Source of the DNA: Vulcanimicrobiota bacterium
Lineage (GTDB): Bacteria; Vulcanimicrobiota; Vulcanimicrobiia; Vulcanimicrobiales; Vulcanimicrobiaceae
Direction of reading: 5' to 3'
DNA: 64,000 nucleotides
NCBI GenBank assembly: GCA_963820825.1
Contig: CAWGBN010000008.1
Location: forward strand, 96,001 to 160,000
The stretch's first letter is position 1; each line of letters begins with the position of its first letter. The notes under the pieces were generated by a model. The model did no database searches. It was not told where the DNA came from and worked only from the letters and a program-made list of their open reading frames with translations. Made by a program: the position numbers and the translations under genes. Positions 21,349 through 30,567 of the stretch are shown here, one piece after another.

Positions 21349-22289
21349 TTCGCGGCTCTGCTGAGCGTAACGCCGAAGGGTTCGCCGAAGCCGCCGATTC
21401 GCTTGACCGGCGTTCCGCCCGCGGGATACTTCCAAAACATCACGCTCTTGCCGTGAAAGCTCGCCGCGACGATCGTGTCGCCGGCGACAAAGTATTGGGT
21501 GACGAAACGGCACGTTTGCAAGGGTGCCGAGCCGACGAGCTTTCCGGTCGTTCGCGGTATCGAGAACCGGTAAACGGTCGACGTGCTCGAGTCCGCAACC
21601 GCGACGTGCGTTCCATCCCAAGCGACGCCGCCGCCGATCTTGAAGTCGTTGTTCAACGTTACCGGTCGTAGAGATTTTCCGCCGCGCGGCAGCTCGAGGA
21701 ACGCAAACGGCTCGCTCGGTACGGCGTAGGTTGCATCGACGAAGAGATTTCCATGGGCGTCGTACGCGTCGAAAAAGAACTTGTAGATGAAGCCATAGCC
21801 GTACTTCTTCGGATGGCCGAGCGCGTGGGCGTAGACCGATAGGCCGCCCGCGCCTCGGATCGATTCGAGATTCACGACGGCGAGGTCGCCGGAGGTCGAA
21901 TCGACGGCGCAGCTATATGGGTACTCGTTGTAGTCGGGCAGGGTTCGCAGCCGTTTCGTGCTGCCATGCGCGTATTCGAGCACCGTCGAGTTCGCGCTGT
22001 CGGGAATGTAGACGTTTCCCGCTTTATCGGAACATAAGCCGGTTGGATAGATGAAGTTCTGCAGGATACCCGCGAGTTTGCCGCTGAGCTTTCCGTCGGG
22101 AAAGGAGTACGCGTAGACGTCGTTCGTCTCGAAATCGGAGACGTAGAATAGGTCGAGTTTCGCCGCGCCCGGCGCCATCCACGAGCCTCGCGGCTGCGGC
22201 GAAAGCGACGTTACGCTGGGGAGCGATTGCGCGTTACAACCGGCCAACCCCGCGACGGCAATACAAGCAATCGACCATCGTCGCAGCAT
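21339..22289 (-). CDS. Secreted lipoprotein, beta-propeller-like
   Basis: Lipobox LAGC; SWM.P.A, YVSD, GLCSDKAGNVY, EYAHG, CAVD..SGDLAV, WDG, WKYPAGG. Confidence 0.8.
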   Translation of the reverse strand: MLRRWSIACIAVAGLAGCNAQSLPSVTSLSPQPRGSWMAPGAAKLDLFYVSDFETNDVYAYSFPDGKLSGKLAGILQNFIYPTGLCSDKAGNVYIPDSANSTVLEYAHGSTKRLRTLPDYNEYPYSCAVDSTSGDLAVVNLESIRGAGGLSVYAHALGHPKKYGYGFIYKFFFDAYDAHGNLFVDATYAVPSEPFAFLELPRGGKSLRPVTLNNDFKIGGGVAWDGTHVAVADSSTSTVYRFSIPRTTGKLVGSAPLQTCRFVTQYFVAGDTIVAASFHGKSVMFWKYPAGGTPVKRIGGFGEPFGVTLSRAANHT

Positions 22290-22335
22290 CGCCGTCTCTC
22301 TGCGCGACGGAGGCGCATCTTCCCTCGAAGCGGTG

Positions 22336-23394
22336 CTAAAAGAGGCTTGTTTGCAAGGCGTCGCCTTCGATCAGGGATGCGACGCGCGTTCCAAGCAACC
22401 GGACCGGGCTTCCCTCCAGTGCCGCGCGGCGAAGGCAATAAACGGCCGCGCGAAAGATGCGGCGCGGATCGCGCGTCGGTTCGGCCAAATGCGTCTGGCG
22501 TCCGAGAATCGTGAAATCGCCTCGCTTGATCTTTACGCCGACGGTCTGGGCAACGCTCCGTTCGCGCTCGAGCGACTCGGCGAGCTCGCGCGCTTGCACG
22601 CGCAAGACTTCGATCAGTTGATGCTCGTCGCGCACGTCGTACTCGAATGTCTCTTCGGTGGAGATCGATTTTGTCTCGCGCTCGGTCTCGACCGGCCGCC
22701 GATCGATGCCGCGAGAGAGATCGCGTACCTCGCGCCACCACGATCCGAAGAGCTCGCGCAGACGCGCTTCGTCGAGCGCGGCGAGCTCGCCGATCGTCGC
22801 AATGCCGTAGACGCTCAAGCGCGCCTGCATCTTCGGGCCGATACCCCAAAGCCGGGCGACCGGTAGCGGGGCGAGAAATGTCGCCTCGTCGCCCGGCGCG
22901 ACGCCGAGCAGGCCATCGGGCTTACAGGCATCGGAGGCGATCTTTGCGATCATCTTCCCGGTCGCAACGCCGGCACTGACCGTCAATCCCGTTGCATCGA
23001 GAATTTCGCGGCGGAGCGCGGCGGCAAACCCGCACGCCTGCGCGTGCGTCGTCTCGCCTATGCCGACGAAGGCTTCGTCGAGCGACATTCCTTCGACGGG
23101 GCATCCTCGGCTGCGCATGATTGCAAAGATCTCGCGCGAGATCTCGCGATACTTCTGCATCTCCGGAGGAACGACGATCAAACTGGGACAGGCGATGCGA
23201 GCCTTGTAGAGCGGCATCGCCGAACGCACGCCGTACGGACGCGCTTCGTACGAAGCGGTCAGTACGACCGCTCGCCGGCTGCGTCCCGCGATTGCGACCG
23301 GCTTCCCGCGTAAGCGCGGATCGTCGCGCACGGCGACGCTTGCATAGAACGCGTCGACGTCGAAGTGCGCGACGTACTTAGCGCTCTCGTTCAC
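22336..23394 (-). CDS. dinB: DNA polymerase IV
   Basis: HFDVDAFYASV, ASYEAR.YGV.SAMP, SLDEAF, AKIASD..KPDG, C-terminal clamp-binding-like QTSLF. Confidence 0.95.
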   Translation of the reverse strand: MNESAKYVAHFDVDAFYASVAVRDDPRLRGKPVAIAGRSRRAVVLTASYEARPYGVRSAMPLYKARIACPSLIVVPPEMQKYREISREIFAIMRSRGCPVEGMSLDEAFVGIGETTHAQACGFAAALRREILDATGLTVSAGVATGKMIAKIASDACKPDGLLGVAPGDEATFLAPLPVARLWGIGPKMQARLSVYGIATIGELAALDEARLRELFGSWWREVRDLSRGIDRRPVETERETKSISTEETFEYDVRDEHQLIEVLRVQARELAESLERERSVAQTVGVKIKRGDFTILGRQTHLAEPTRDPRRIFRAAVYCLRRAALEGSPVRLLGTRVASLIEGDALQTSLF

Positions 23395-23962
23395 GCTGGC
23401 GGCGCCGTTGCGCTTTCGCTTGATTCCCGCAGGTCGCCATGCTGCACCAGGCGCGCGACGCATTCTTGGTGTGATCGTAGTAGGCGAAACGGCAGGATGC
23501 CTTGCGGCAGGCGCGCAGGCGCGTCCACGTACCGAGGAGCTCGGACTCGTAGACGACCGCCAGCAGGGAGGCGATCGGACCCTTGTCTTGAGGCCTCAAT
23601 TCCAAGCCTCGTGCCGGGTTGACGGCCAAGCTCAATCGCGTGCTCGCGAGGAACGGCTGCATCTGCTCCCAAGCGGCGGGGCCGTCGCCCTCTCCGTTGT
23701 TCGCGAAGAGCAAATCGCGCAGCGTCTCGCGGAAGTCGCGCAGCTGCGTGAGGTGCCCCTGGTCCCTCGCGGGCGCCAGCCCGTGGCTCAGACACCACGC
23801 GCGCGCCTTCTCCAGCGAATCGAGCTCGTCGGGTCCGCTCGGCAGTTCGACCGTATTCACGAAGCGCCGCACCAGCTCGAGGGAGCCCGGTGCCGAGTCG
23901 GGGGCGGCGGCGATCACGCCGCTCTGCGTACCGGTTGGGTCACCGGCAAAACTGGTTGACAA
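23378..23962 (-). CDS. CGNR zinc-finger (ABATE) regulator
   Basis: FVNT, RLRAC...C...YYD.TKNASRAWCSMATCGN.AK. Confidence 0.9.
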   Translation of the reverse strand: MSTSFAGDPTGTQSGVIAAAPDSAPGSLELVRRFVNTVELPSGPDELDSLEKARAWCLSHGLAPARDQGHLTQLRDFRETLRDLLFANNGEGDGPAAWEQMQPFLASTRLSLAVNPARGLELRPQDKGPIASLLAVVYESELLGTWTRLRACRKASCRFAYYDHTKNASRAWCSMATCGNQAKAQRRRQRERER

Positions 23963-23984
23963 GTTACCGTCACCACCGTATAAT
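23956..23984 (+). promoter_or_regulatory. Perfect sigma70-type promoter
   Basis: TTGACA (23956-23961), 17 bp spacer, TATAAT (23979-23984). Confidence 0.85.
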
Positions 23985-24020
23985 GATTGAAGGTTACCAC
24001 ATCCGTCAAGAGGTTTTCAA

Positions 24021-24158
24021 ATGTTCCGCGATCCGATCCGCAATGCTCCGCTCGTCTCCGACGTCACCGACGTCGACCTGCGGCTTAAAATCAACCGGGC
24101 CGACTCGGCCCTCTTCCTCGAGTCGAATCTGCGCCTGCCGCACCTGCGTGTGGGCTAG
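24021..24158 (+). CDS. Small hypothetical protein (45 aa), below the ORF-track cutoff
   Basis: SD AAGAGG, ATG 24021, TAG 24158; MFRDPIRNAPLVSDVTDVDLRLKINRADSALFLESNLRLPHLRVG; ends 3 nt from the convergent nfo stop. Confidence 0.7.
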   Translation: MFRDPIRNAPLVSDVTDVDLRLKINRADSALFLESNLRLPHLRVG

Positions 24159-24161
24159 GGT

Positions 24162-25013
24162 CTAGGACGACGCGAGCGCGCCGCGCGCAATAGCCAGAAT
24201 GGTTTGCATGTTGCGGGCGTCGTCCGCGTCGTCCCCCGGCGTCTCGAGTATCGCCGTCTTCTCGCGCAGCTCGGGATGCGCGAGCAGTGCGCGAAAGCCC
24301 TCGAAGCCGATTCGACCCTCGCCGATATGCCAGTGGCGGTCGCGGCTCGCTCCGAGCGCGACCTCCGTATCGTTGAAATGAAACATCAGAATTCGATCGA
24401 CGCCGATCTCTCGCTCCGCGAGCTCCACAAAGCGATCGACCCCGTCTTTGGTATCGATCGCGTATCCCGAGGCCCAAGCATGCGCGGTGTCGAGACAGAC
24501 GCCGAGCTGCGGATGCGCTAAGCGCTTCACGAACGCGCCGAGCTCTTCGAGCGTACCGCCGGCCAGGTTGCCGGCTCCCGCCGAGTTTTCCAAGACCAGA
24601 TAGACGCCGGGCTCGATATCGGCAAGCGCCGCTTCGAGCGCGCGGCAAATCGCCGCGAACCCTACGTCGCGGTTGCCGGTGCCGTACGAGCCCAGATGCG
24701 TGTTGACGAACCGAATCTCTCCTCGCGCCGCAACGGCCAAATCGTTGCGGAGCAGATTGAGCGAACCGTGAGCAATCTTCGGATCGGCGCTGGCGAGGTT
24801 GATCAGATACGGCGTGTGGATCGCACAGGGATCGAGCCCCGCTTCGCGCCGCAGTCTCGCAAAGTTGCTCAGCGCCTCTTCGTCGATCGCGGTCGTTCGA
24901 TAGCTGCGCGGATTGGTCGAGAAGACTTGCATCGCGCTCGAGCCGATCGCCTTTGCGTGCTCGACCGCCTTGACGTAGCCGGCTGCGACGCGGACGTGCA
25001 TTCCAATGCGCAT
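24162..25013 (-). CDS. nfo: Endonuclease IV
   Basis: IGMHV, HTPYLINLAS, LENSAG, CLDTAH, HFND, DRH.HIGEG, ILETP. Confidence 0.95.
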   Translation of the reverse strand: MRIGMHVRVAAGYVKAVEHAKAIGSSAMQVFSTNPRSYRTTAIDEEALSNFARLRREAGLDPCAIHTPYLINLASADPKIAHGSLNLLRNDLAVAARGEIRFVNTHLGSYGTGNRDVGFAAICRALEAALADIEPGVYLVLENSAGAGNLAGGTLEELGAFVKRLAHPQLGVCLDTAHAWASGYAIDTKDGVDRFVELAEREIGVDRILMFHFNDTEVALGASRDRHWHIGEGRIGFEGFRALLAHPELREKTAILETPGDDADDARNMQTILAIARGALASS

Positions 25014-25573
25014 CAGCCCTTCGGACCGGCCAAGTCGAACTCGAGCGCCTGGCCGGGTTCGAGCTCGAGCTCCGGCAAGTCGTCGAGCGAGCGCAGCCCA
25101 AACGATTCCAAGAAGAACGGCGTCGTCTTATAGCGCATCGGACGGCCGACGACGTCCTTTCGCCCCGCCTCGTCGATGAGTCCACGATCGAGCAGCGTGC
25201 TTACGACGCTGTCGGAGTTCACGCCGCGTATCGCTTCGATCTCGCTGCGCGTGACCGGCTGGAGGTGCGCCACGATCGCCAGCGCTTCGAGAGCCGGCGT
25301 CGAGAGCGAGTTTTTCGGCGGCAGCAGGTAAGCCTCGACCACGTCGCGCGCGAGCGGCGACGTTGCAAAGCGATACCCTCCCGCAACCTCGCGCAGAACG
25401 ATGCCGCGCTCGCTATACTCCGCCTCGACGTGCTGAAGAACCGCGGCGATCTCGCGTTCCTCCGCATGCAAGAGTTTGGCGAGCTGCGCGATCGAGAGCG
25501 CTTCGCTCGCAACGAAAAGCACCGCCTCGACTGGGCGCTGCAGGCGTAAGATCGCTTCGTCGAGGCCGTTCAT
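25013..25573 (-). CDS. scpB: Segregation and condensation protein B
   Basis: EAVLF, VAGGY, QPVTRSEIEAIRGV, GRP..Y.TT..FL..FGL. Confidence 0.95.
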   Translation of the reverse strand: MNGLDEAILRLQRPVEAVLFVASEALSIAQLAKLLHAEEREIAAVLQHVEAEYSERGIVLREVAGGYRFATSPLARDVVEAYLLPPKNSLSTPALEALAIVAHLQPVTRSEIEAIRGVNSDSVVSTLLDRGLIDEAGRKDVVGRPMRYKTTPFFLESFGLRSLDDLPELELEPGQALEFDLAGPKG

Positions 25574-26283
25574 GCCGCCGCTTTCGGCATCGCGAAGAGC
25601 CGAATGTCGTCGAAGGCTTCGGGCTGCTCGAAACTGATTCGCCGCCGGCGGACGAGTTCGAGGATGGCCAGAAACGTCACCACGATGACGTCGCGCGTCA
25701 TCCCGAGCTCCCGGCAAAGCTGCGAAAAATACGCCTCATCCGATTCCTTGATTCGTTTGACGACATAATCCATCGTCGCGATCAGCGAGACGCGCTCCCG
25801 CGCGATCGACCGCTTCTCGGGGCGCGCCTGGGCGAGCATCGCGACGAAGGCGCGCTTGAGCTTCTCCGGATCGATGTCGTATCGCTGCAAGATCTCCCCG
25901 GCCGGGTCGCCGGGCTCGCGATAAAAGAACGAGCTCGCCTCGCTCTGTTGTTCGCGCAGTTCCTCACCGAGCTCGCGGTACTTCGAGTAGGCGATGAGCC
26001 GGCGGCGCAACCGCTCCTCGACCTCCTCGGGCGTCTCGCTCTCCTCGTCGAGCAGCTCTTGCGGAATCGGCGGCAAGAGCGCCTTCGACTTCAGGAAGAG
26101 CAGCGTCGCGGCGATGACCAAATACTCGGCCGCGATCTCGACGTCGCGCGCCTGCATCGCGCGGACGTATGCGAGGTACTGCTCGGCGACGCTTGCCAGC
26201 GGAACCGTGGCGATGTCGAGCTGCTGCTCCTTGATCAGACCGAGCAGAAGGTCGAGCGGACCGTCGAAGGCATCGAGCCGCAC
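25570..26283 (-). CDS. scpA: Segregation and condensation protein A (may start at in-frame CTG 26328)
   Basis: FDGPLDLLL.LI, AAEYLVIAA.LL..KS..LLP, FLAILEL. Confidence 0.93.
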   Translation of the reverse strand: MRLDAFDGPLDLLLGLIKEQQLDIATVPLASVAEQYLAYVRAMQARDVEIAAEYLVIAATLLFLKSKALLPPIPQELLDEESETPEEVEERLRRRLIAYSKYRELGEELREQQSEASSFFYREPGDPAGEILQRYDIDPEKLKRAFVAMLAQARPEKRSIARERVSLIATMDYVVKRIKESDEAYFSQLCRELGMTRDVIVVTFLAILELVRRRRISFEQPEAFDDIRLFAMPKAAA

Positions 26284-26324
26284 GCAGAAGGCGTGCGCGT
26301 CGGAGATCGCGTGCGCGTCGCTGT

Positions 26325-26807
26325 TCAGGAGGAGATGGGCTCGGCGGTGCGAGCGACGATCTCGGGTACGCCGAACGCTTCGGGGTGCTCGGCGAGAAAC
26401 TCGAGCGCGAGATCTACGAGCCGCTTTTCGTTGACGTATTTGAGCGTCTTACGCGCTTGCGTCAAGTCGAACCACGCCGCGTCGTCGACCTCGTGATCGT
26501 GATTTGCGGGATCGCCCGAGAGATAGCGCATCAAAAAGAAGGTAACGGCCTTTTTGTGCTTTGCCTTGCCGACGTAGAACCAATAGGAGATCTCGTTGAG
26601 GCGCGCTACGATCTCTGCCCAACAACCCGTCTCCTCGTGGACTTCGCGCAGCGCCGCCTGCTCGGTCGTCTCGCGCGCTTCGACGTGCCCCTTGGGCAAC
26701 GTCCAGACGCGCGGCGGATCGCCGCGGCCGATAAGTAGGGCATCGAAGGTCGAATCCCGGCGGCGCAGCAGCAATCCGCCCGCCGACACCTCGTACTTGA
26801 TTCGCAT
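26325..26807 (-). CDS. NUDIX hydrolase
   Basis: SAGG, LPKGHVE..ET.EQAALREVHEETG Nudix box; TATAAT upstream at 26864-26869. Confidence 0.9.
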   Translation of the reverse strand: MRIKYEVSAGGLLLRRRDSTFDALLIGRGDPPRVWTLPKGHVEARETTEQAALREVHEETGCWAEIVARLNEISYWFYVGKAKHKKAVTFFLMRYLSGDPANHDHEVDDAAWFDLTQARKTLKYVNEKRLVDLALEFLAEHPEAFGVPEIVARTAEPISS

Positions 26808-26906
26808 GACGCTCCACTGGGGGGACGGGTAAGGGGGCACTTGCGAGCCCCCTGATTACCTCCATTATACCGTCCGGCCCCAAGAAGGGCTGCCGCAAGT
26901 ATCGCC

Positions 26907-27078
26907 TTACTGACCTGCTTGCTTTGCCCAACGGTAAAGCACCCGGCCAGCCTCGGCCACCGCCGGGCGGCGGCTCTTTCGCCGCCGACGGCGGGGAGCC
27001 GCCCGCGCCGCATCCGGAGGCATCGACAACGGCAATCATTGACGCGAAGAGCACGATAAAGAGCAAACGGTTACGCAC
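26907..27078 (-). CDS. Putative small lipoprotein (about 56 aa; needs removal of one base to reach TAA 26907)
   Basis: MRNRLLFIVLFASMIAVVDASG-C signal/lipobox-like start; GTG overlaps the probable true stop of the upstream gene. Confidence 0.45.
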
Positions 27079-28415
27079 CCAGCAACGCGGCTTCTCGATG
27101 AAGCCGCTGGAGAATTTCCACGTGCGGCGAGGTCGGCCATGACGCGCAGTTCGGGAACGGCCGTCGCTTCGAACCGAGAGCCGCGCACCGGCGGCCCAAC
27201 GATCCATAAGCCCGCGACACGGTTTCCGTCTTGATCGATCGCGCGCAAATCCGAATCCCCGCGTAAACCACGACCGCCCTCGTCGCGCGAAACGAGTCCA
27301 TCGGCGAGCATCGAGCCGAGCAGCGGATCTCGCGTCATGCGCGCCGCTTGACGGAAACCCGAGCAGTTCACGATCCAATCGGGCCGCACGGTGATGCTTC
27401 CGCCATACCCGCGCAACGTAATCTTCGCGTCACCATCCTGCATCTGCGTCAGCCTGCCGGCATAGTGGCGAAGACGGCCGGCTCGCACGTACTCCTCGCG
27501 CACCGCGTCGACCTGTTGCGGTGCACGGTGCCGATGCCGTTCCCAGTAAGCGCGCAGGTGGCGCTCGAAGCGGCGTTGCTCGGCCGCCGGCAGGCGGCGC
27601 CAAATCGCATCGGCCTCGGGGCGTAATGCGTCGAGCACGGCGCGCCAGTCGAATCCTCGCTCCGCGGCTTCGTCGATATGCCGGCGCAGGCTACGGAGCA
27701 GCGCCCTTGCGCCGCGCGTATCGAGCGCCGGAATCACGTCGTACGGTGCGACCGCAGCGTGGGCGTTTGGAAAACGGCCATTGCGGGATAGAACGTGCAC
27801 CATCCCGCGATGTCCGCTCGCCTTCAACGCTACGAGCACGTCCAGCGCGGTGAGGCCCGCACCGATCACCAGCACCTCGCCGTCGACCTCACGGTAATCG
27901 AAACGCCACGGATCGGCGACGTACCCACGATGGAGAAGCACTTCAAGCGGGAGGAAGTCGTCGCTCGGCGCGAGGTGTCCGGTCGCTAAGACCACGTTGC
28001 GCGCGCCGAAGCACGCTCCCGACGTGGATTCGACGATGAAGCCGCCGCTGCCCCAACGGCGCACGCTCGAAACTCGCGCGCGAAAATAGCCGAACCGCGG
28101 ACGCTCAAAGACTTGCCGGGCAATTTCGCCGACGTACTCGCCGTAGAGTTGCCGTGAGACGAAGTCGTCGGCGCCCCCGCTCGAGCCGAGCCAACGGACG
28201 AAATGCTCGGCATCGTCGGGATAGAGACTCATCTGAGAGGCGCGGGTATTGAGCAGATGCTCGCGGTGGCGCGTGCTGTACGCCGCACCCCGCCCGAGTT
28301 CGTCGGGCTCGAAGAGTGCGAGCGAAGAGATCTGCGAAGCGTTGCGAGCGAGATTGGCGGCAACCGCACATCCGCTGAAACCGCCGCCGATAACTACGAC
28401 ATCGATCTCGATCAT
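27036..28415 (-). CDS. FAD/NAD(P)-binding oxidoreductase (YdhS-like); true stop probably TAA 27071
   Basis: IGGGFSG, GRGAAY....HLLN, R..YGEY, IGAGLTALD, NCSG, EATAVPELR. Confidence 0.88.
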   Translation of the reverse strand: MIEIDVVVIGGGFSGCAVAANLARNASQISSLALFEPDELGRGAAYSTRHREHLLNTRASQMSLYPDDAEHFVRWLGSSGGADDFVSRQLYGEYVGEIARQVFERPRFGYFRARVSSVRRWGSGGFIVESTSGACFGARNVVLATGHLAPSDDFLPLEVLLHRGYVADPWRFDYREVDGEVLVIGAGLTALDVLVALKASGHRGMVHVLSRNGRFPNAHAAVAPYDVIPALDTRGARALLRSLRRHIDEAAERGFDWRAVLDALRPEADAIWRRLPAAEQRRFERHLRAYWERHRHRAPQQVDAVREEYVRAGRLRHYAGRLTQMQDGDAKITLRGYGGSITVRPDWIVNCSGFRQAARMTRDPLLGSMLADGLVSRDEGGRGLRGDSDLRAIDQDGNRVAGLWIVGPPVRGSRFEATAVPELRVMADLAARGNSPAASSRSRVAGCVTVCSLSCSSRQ

Positions 28416-28963
28416 CAGCCGGCCACCTTCAGATCGGCGCGAAGCGTAGCGTCGTAGCGCCCGAACGCCGCCTGGCGGCGGCGCGCGCCCTCGTCGTAGA
28501 CCAAGTATTGGCGCAGCGGACCGGCATAAACGTGAAGCGAGAGCGCCGGAGATTGGCCGGCGGCGCCCACGCGATGAAGATCGTAGCGCCCCGAACGAAG
28601 ATCGAGCTCGCCGACTTCGAGACGGCGGGAGCCGCTTGCTTCGACGTAGGCGTATCCCGGCACGTCGCCCGGGTCGAGGCGGACGTAGTCGTCGACGTCG
28701 AGGCCCCCCTCGAGGACGTACATCCAGCAGTGCTGACCGCCGTGGTCGTGGATCGGCGAGACCGCGCCCGCGGCCCAGTTCAAGAGAACGATCTCAAAAA
28801 GCGGATCCTGATACGCGCAAATGCGCGTGTACTCGCCCGGCCGCAACACGAGCTCCCGGCTGCTCGGCCAGCTACCCGAGCTTCCGACGAGCAGGGCCTC
28901 GACCTCTGAAGCGGCCCGATCCAGCGGCCCGCGCACGCGAAAATCGGAGATGAGTCGATACAC
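28415..28963 (-). CDS. Cysteine dioxygenase family cupin
   Basis: LLNW..G..SPIHDHGG..C, LHRV, SLHVY; SD AGGAGG; 1-nt overlap with the next gene. Confidence 0.85.
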   Translation of the reverse strand: MYRLISDFRVRGPLDRAASEVEALLVGSSGSWPSSRELVLRPGEYTRICAYQDPLFEIVLLNWAAGAVSPIHDHGGQHCWMYVLEGGLDVDDYVRLDPGDVPGYAYVEASGSRRLEVGELDLRSGRYDLHRVGAAGQSPALSLHVYAGPLRQYLVYDEGARRRQAAFGRYDATLRADLKVAG

Positions 28964-29103
28964 CCCGGCATCCTCCTAAGAAAAGATGACACTAGTTAAT
29001 GACTTCGGTCACCTTTGCGGGATGCGCGGAGATTCCTTCAGCCCGCTCCCAGGAGGTCGGGCGGGCGGGAATAGGGCTCGAGGTGGGGGTCGCTAGGTCG
29101 GGG

Positions 29104-30567
29104 TTAGGCCTTCCAGCGGAGGTCCGGCTGGCGCGCGGCGCGCGTCTCGTCGACGCGGCCGACCGGGGTGGTCGTCGGTGCGTCCAAGAGCGCTTGCGGA
29201 TCGGTCTTCGCCCGTTCCACGATCGCTCGTAATGCCTCAACGAAGGCGTCGAGCGTCTCTTTCGACTCCGTCTCGGTCGGTTCGATCATCAAACACTCCG
29301 GCACGATCAACGGAAAGTACATCGTGGGTGCCATGTAGCCGTAGTCGAGCAGCGCTTTAGCGAGATCGAGCGCGCGCACGCCGTGCTCTTTCTTTAGCTG
29401 CTGCGCCGATGCGACGAACTCGTGGCGGCAGTTCTCCGGATACGGCGTTTCGAGAAACTCCGCAACCTTCACGCGAAGATAGTTGGCATTGAGCACCGCG
29501 AGCTGAGAGACGCGCTTGAGGCCGTCGGCACCGTTGGCGTAGAGGTAGGCCAGTGCGCGCACCGCGTGCGCGAAATTCGACCAGAACGAACGCATCGGTC
29601 CGATCGACTTCGGCCGGTCGAAGTCGAGCCGCAGGCTGCCTTCGTCGCGAACGACGACGGGTGTCGGCAGATACTCGACGAGGTGCGCCGCGACGCCGAG
29701 CGGGCCGTGACCCGCACCGCCGCCGCCGTGCGGTATGGTAAACGTTTTGTGCGTGTTCAAATGCATCAGATCGAAGCCCATATCGCCGGGGCGAGTATAC
29801 CCCATAATCGCGTTGGCGTTAGCACCGTCGTAATACATAAGCCCGCCGGCCTCGTGCACGGCCGCGGCGATCTCCGCGATCTCCTCTTCGAAAAGCCCCA
29901 GCGTATTGGGATTCGTCATCATGCAGACTGCGGTATCGGTGCCGAGGACTCGGTGGATTTCGGAGACGCTGACGCGTCCGCGCTCGTTGCTCGGGAGCGA
30001 GACGACCTTGAAACCGCACATCGCCGCCGAAGCGGGATTCGTTCCGTGAGCGGTATCGGGCACGAGGACTCTGTCGCGATGCGTCTCGCCACGCTCTCTG
30101 AAGTATTTTTTGGCGATCAGCAGCGCGCCGAGCTCGGCATGCGCCCCCGCCGACGGATTGAGCGAGAAGGCGGCCATCCCAAAGAGCGAGCTCAGCGACC
30201 GCTCGAGTTCGTACATCACGGTGAGAGCGCCTTGAGCGAGCTCGTCGGGCGTAAAAGGATGGAGCTCGGCAAACGCCCGGCGCGCGACGATGGCGTCGTT
30301 GACGCGCGGGTTGTACTTCATCGTGCACGATCCCAACGGATAGAAGCCGAGATCGATACCAAACGTTCGCTGAGAGAGCCGGGTGAAGTGGCGCACCACG
30401 TCCAGCTCGCTGTTATCGGGTAGCGGAAGCTCGTCTCGCAGAACCGAGCGCGGCAGGAAGCTCTCGAGCGGCTTGCCCTCCTCGAGATACCGGTTCGCGC
30501 GTCCCTCCTGGCCCGACTCGAAGATCAGCGGGATCGCAGCCGTGTCGTTAGACCGCTGCGGGGACAT
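29104..30567 (-). CDS. gcvPB: Glycine dehydrogenase subunit 2
   Basis: YPLGSCTMKYNP, AHGTNPASA, YDGAN, HLNTHKTF, MIEPTETE. Confidence 0.96.
   Translation of the reverse strand: MSPQRSNDTAAIPLIFESGQEGRANRYLEEGKPLESFLPRSVLRDELPLPDNSELDVVRHFTRLSQRTFGIDLGFYPLGSCTMKYNPRVNDAIVARRAFAELHPFTPDELAQGALTVMYELERSLSSLFGMAAFSLNPSAGAHAELGALLIAKKYFRERGETHRDRVLVPDTAHGTNPASAAMCGFKVVSLPSNERGRVSVSEIHRVLGTDTAVCMMTNPNTLGLFEEEIAEIAAAVHEAGGLMYYDGANANAIMGYTRPGDMGFDLMHLNTHKTFTIPHGGGGAGHGPLGVAAHLVEYLPTPVVVRDEGSLRLDFDRPKSIGPMRSFWSNFAHAVRALAYLYANGADGLKRVSQLAVLNANYLRVKVAEFLETPYPENCRHEFVASAQQLKKEHGVRALDLAKALLDYGYMAPTMYFPLIVPECLMIEPTETESKETLDAFVEALRAIVERAKTDPQALLDAPTTTPVGRVDETRAARQPDLRWKA

Noticed and set aside
26284..26328. 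CTG start for scpA and a short tandem GACGCGCACGC repeat
   Set aside because: An in-frame GTG at 26283 already precedes the first conserved motif, so a non-canonical start cannot be supported.
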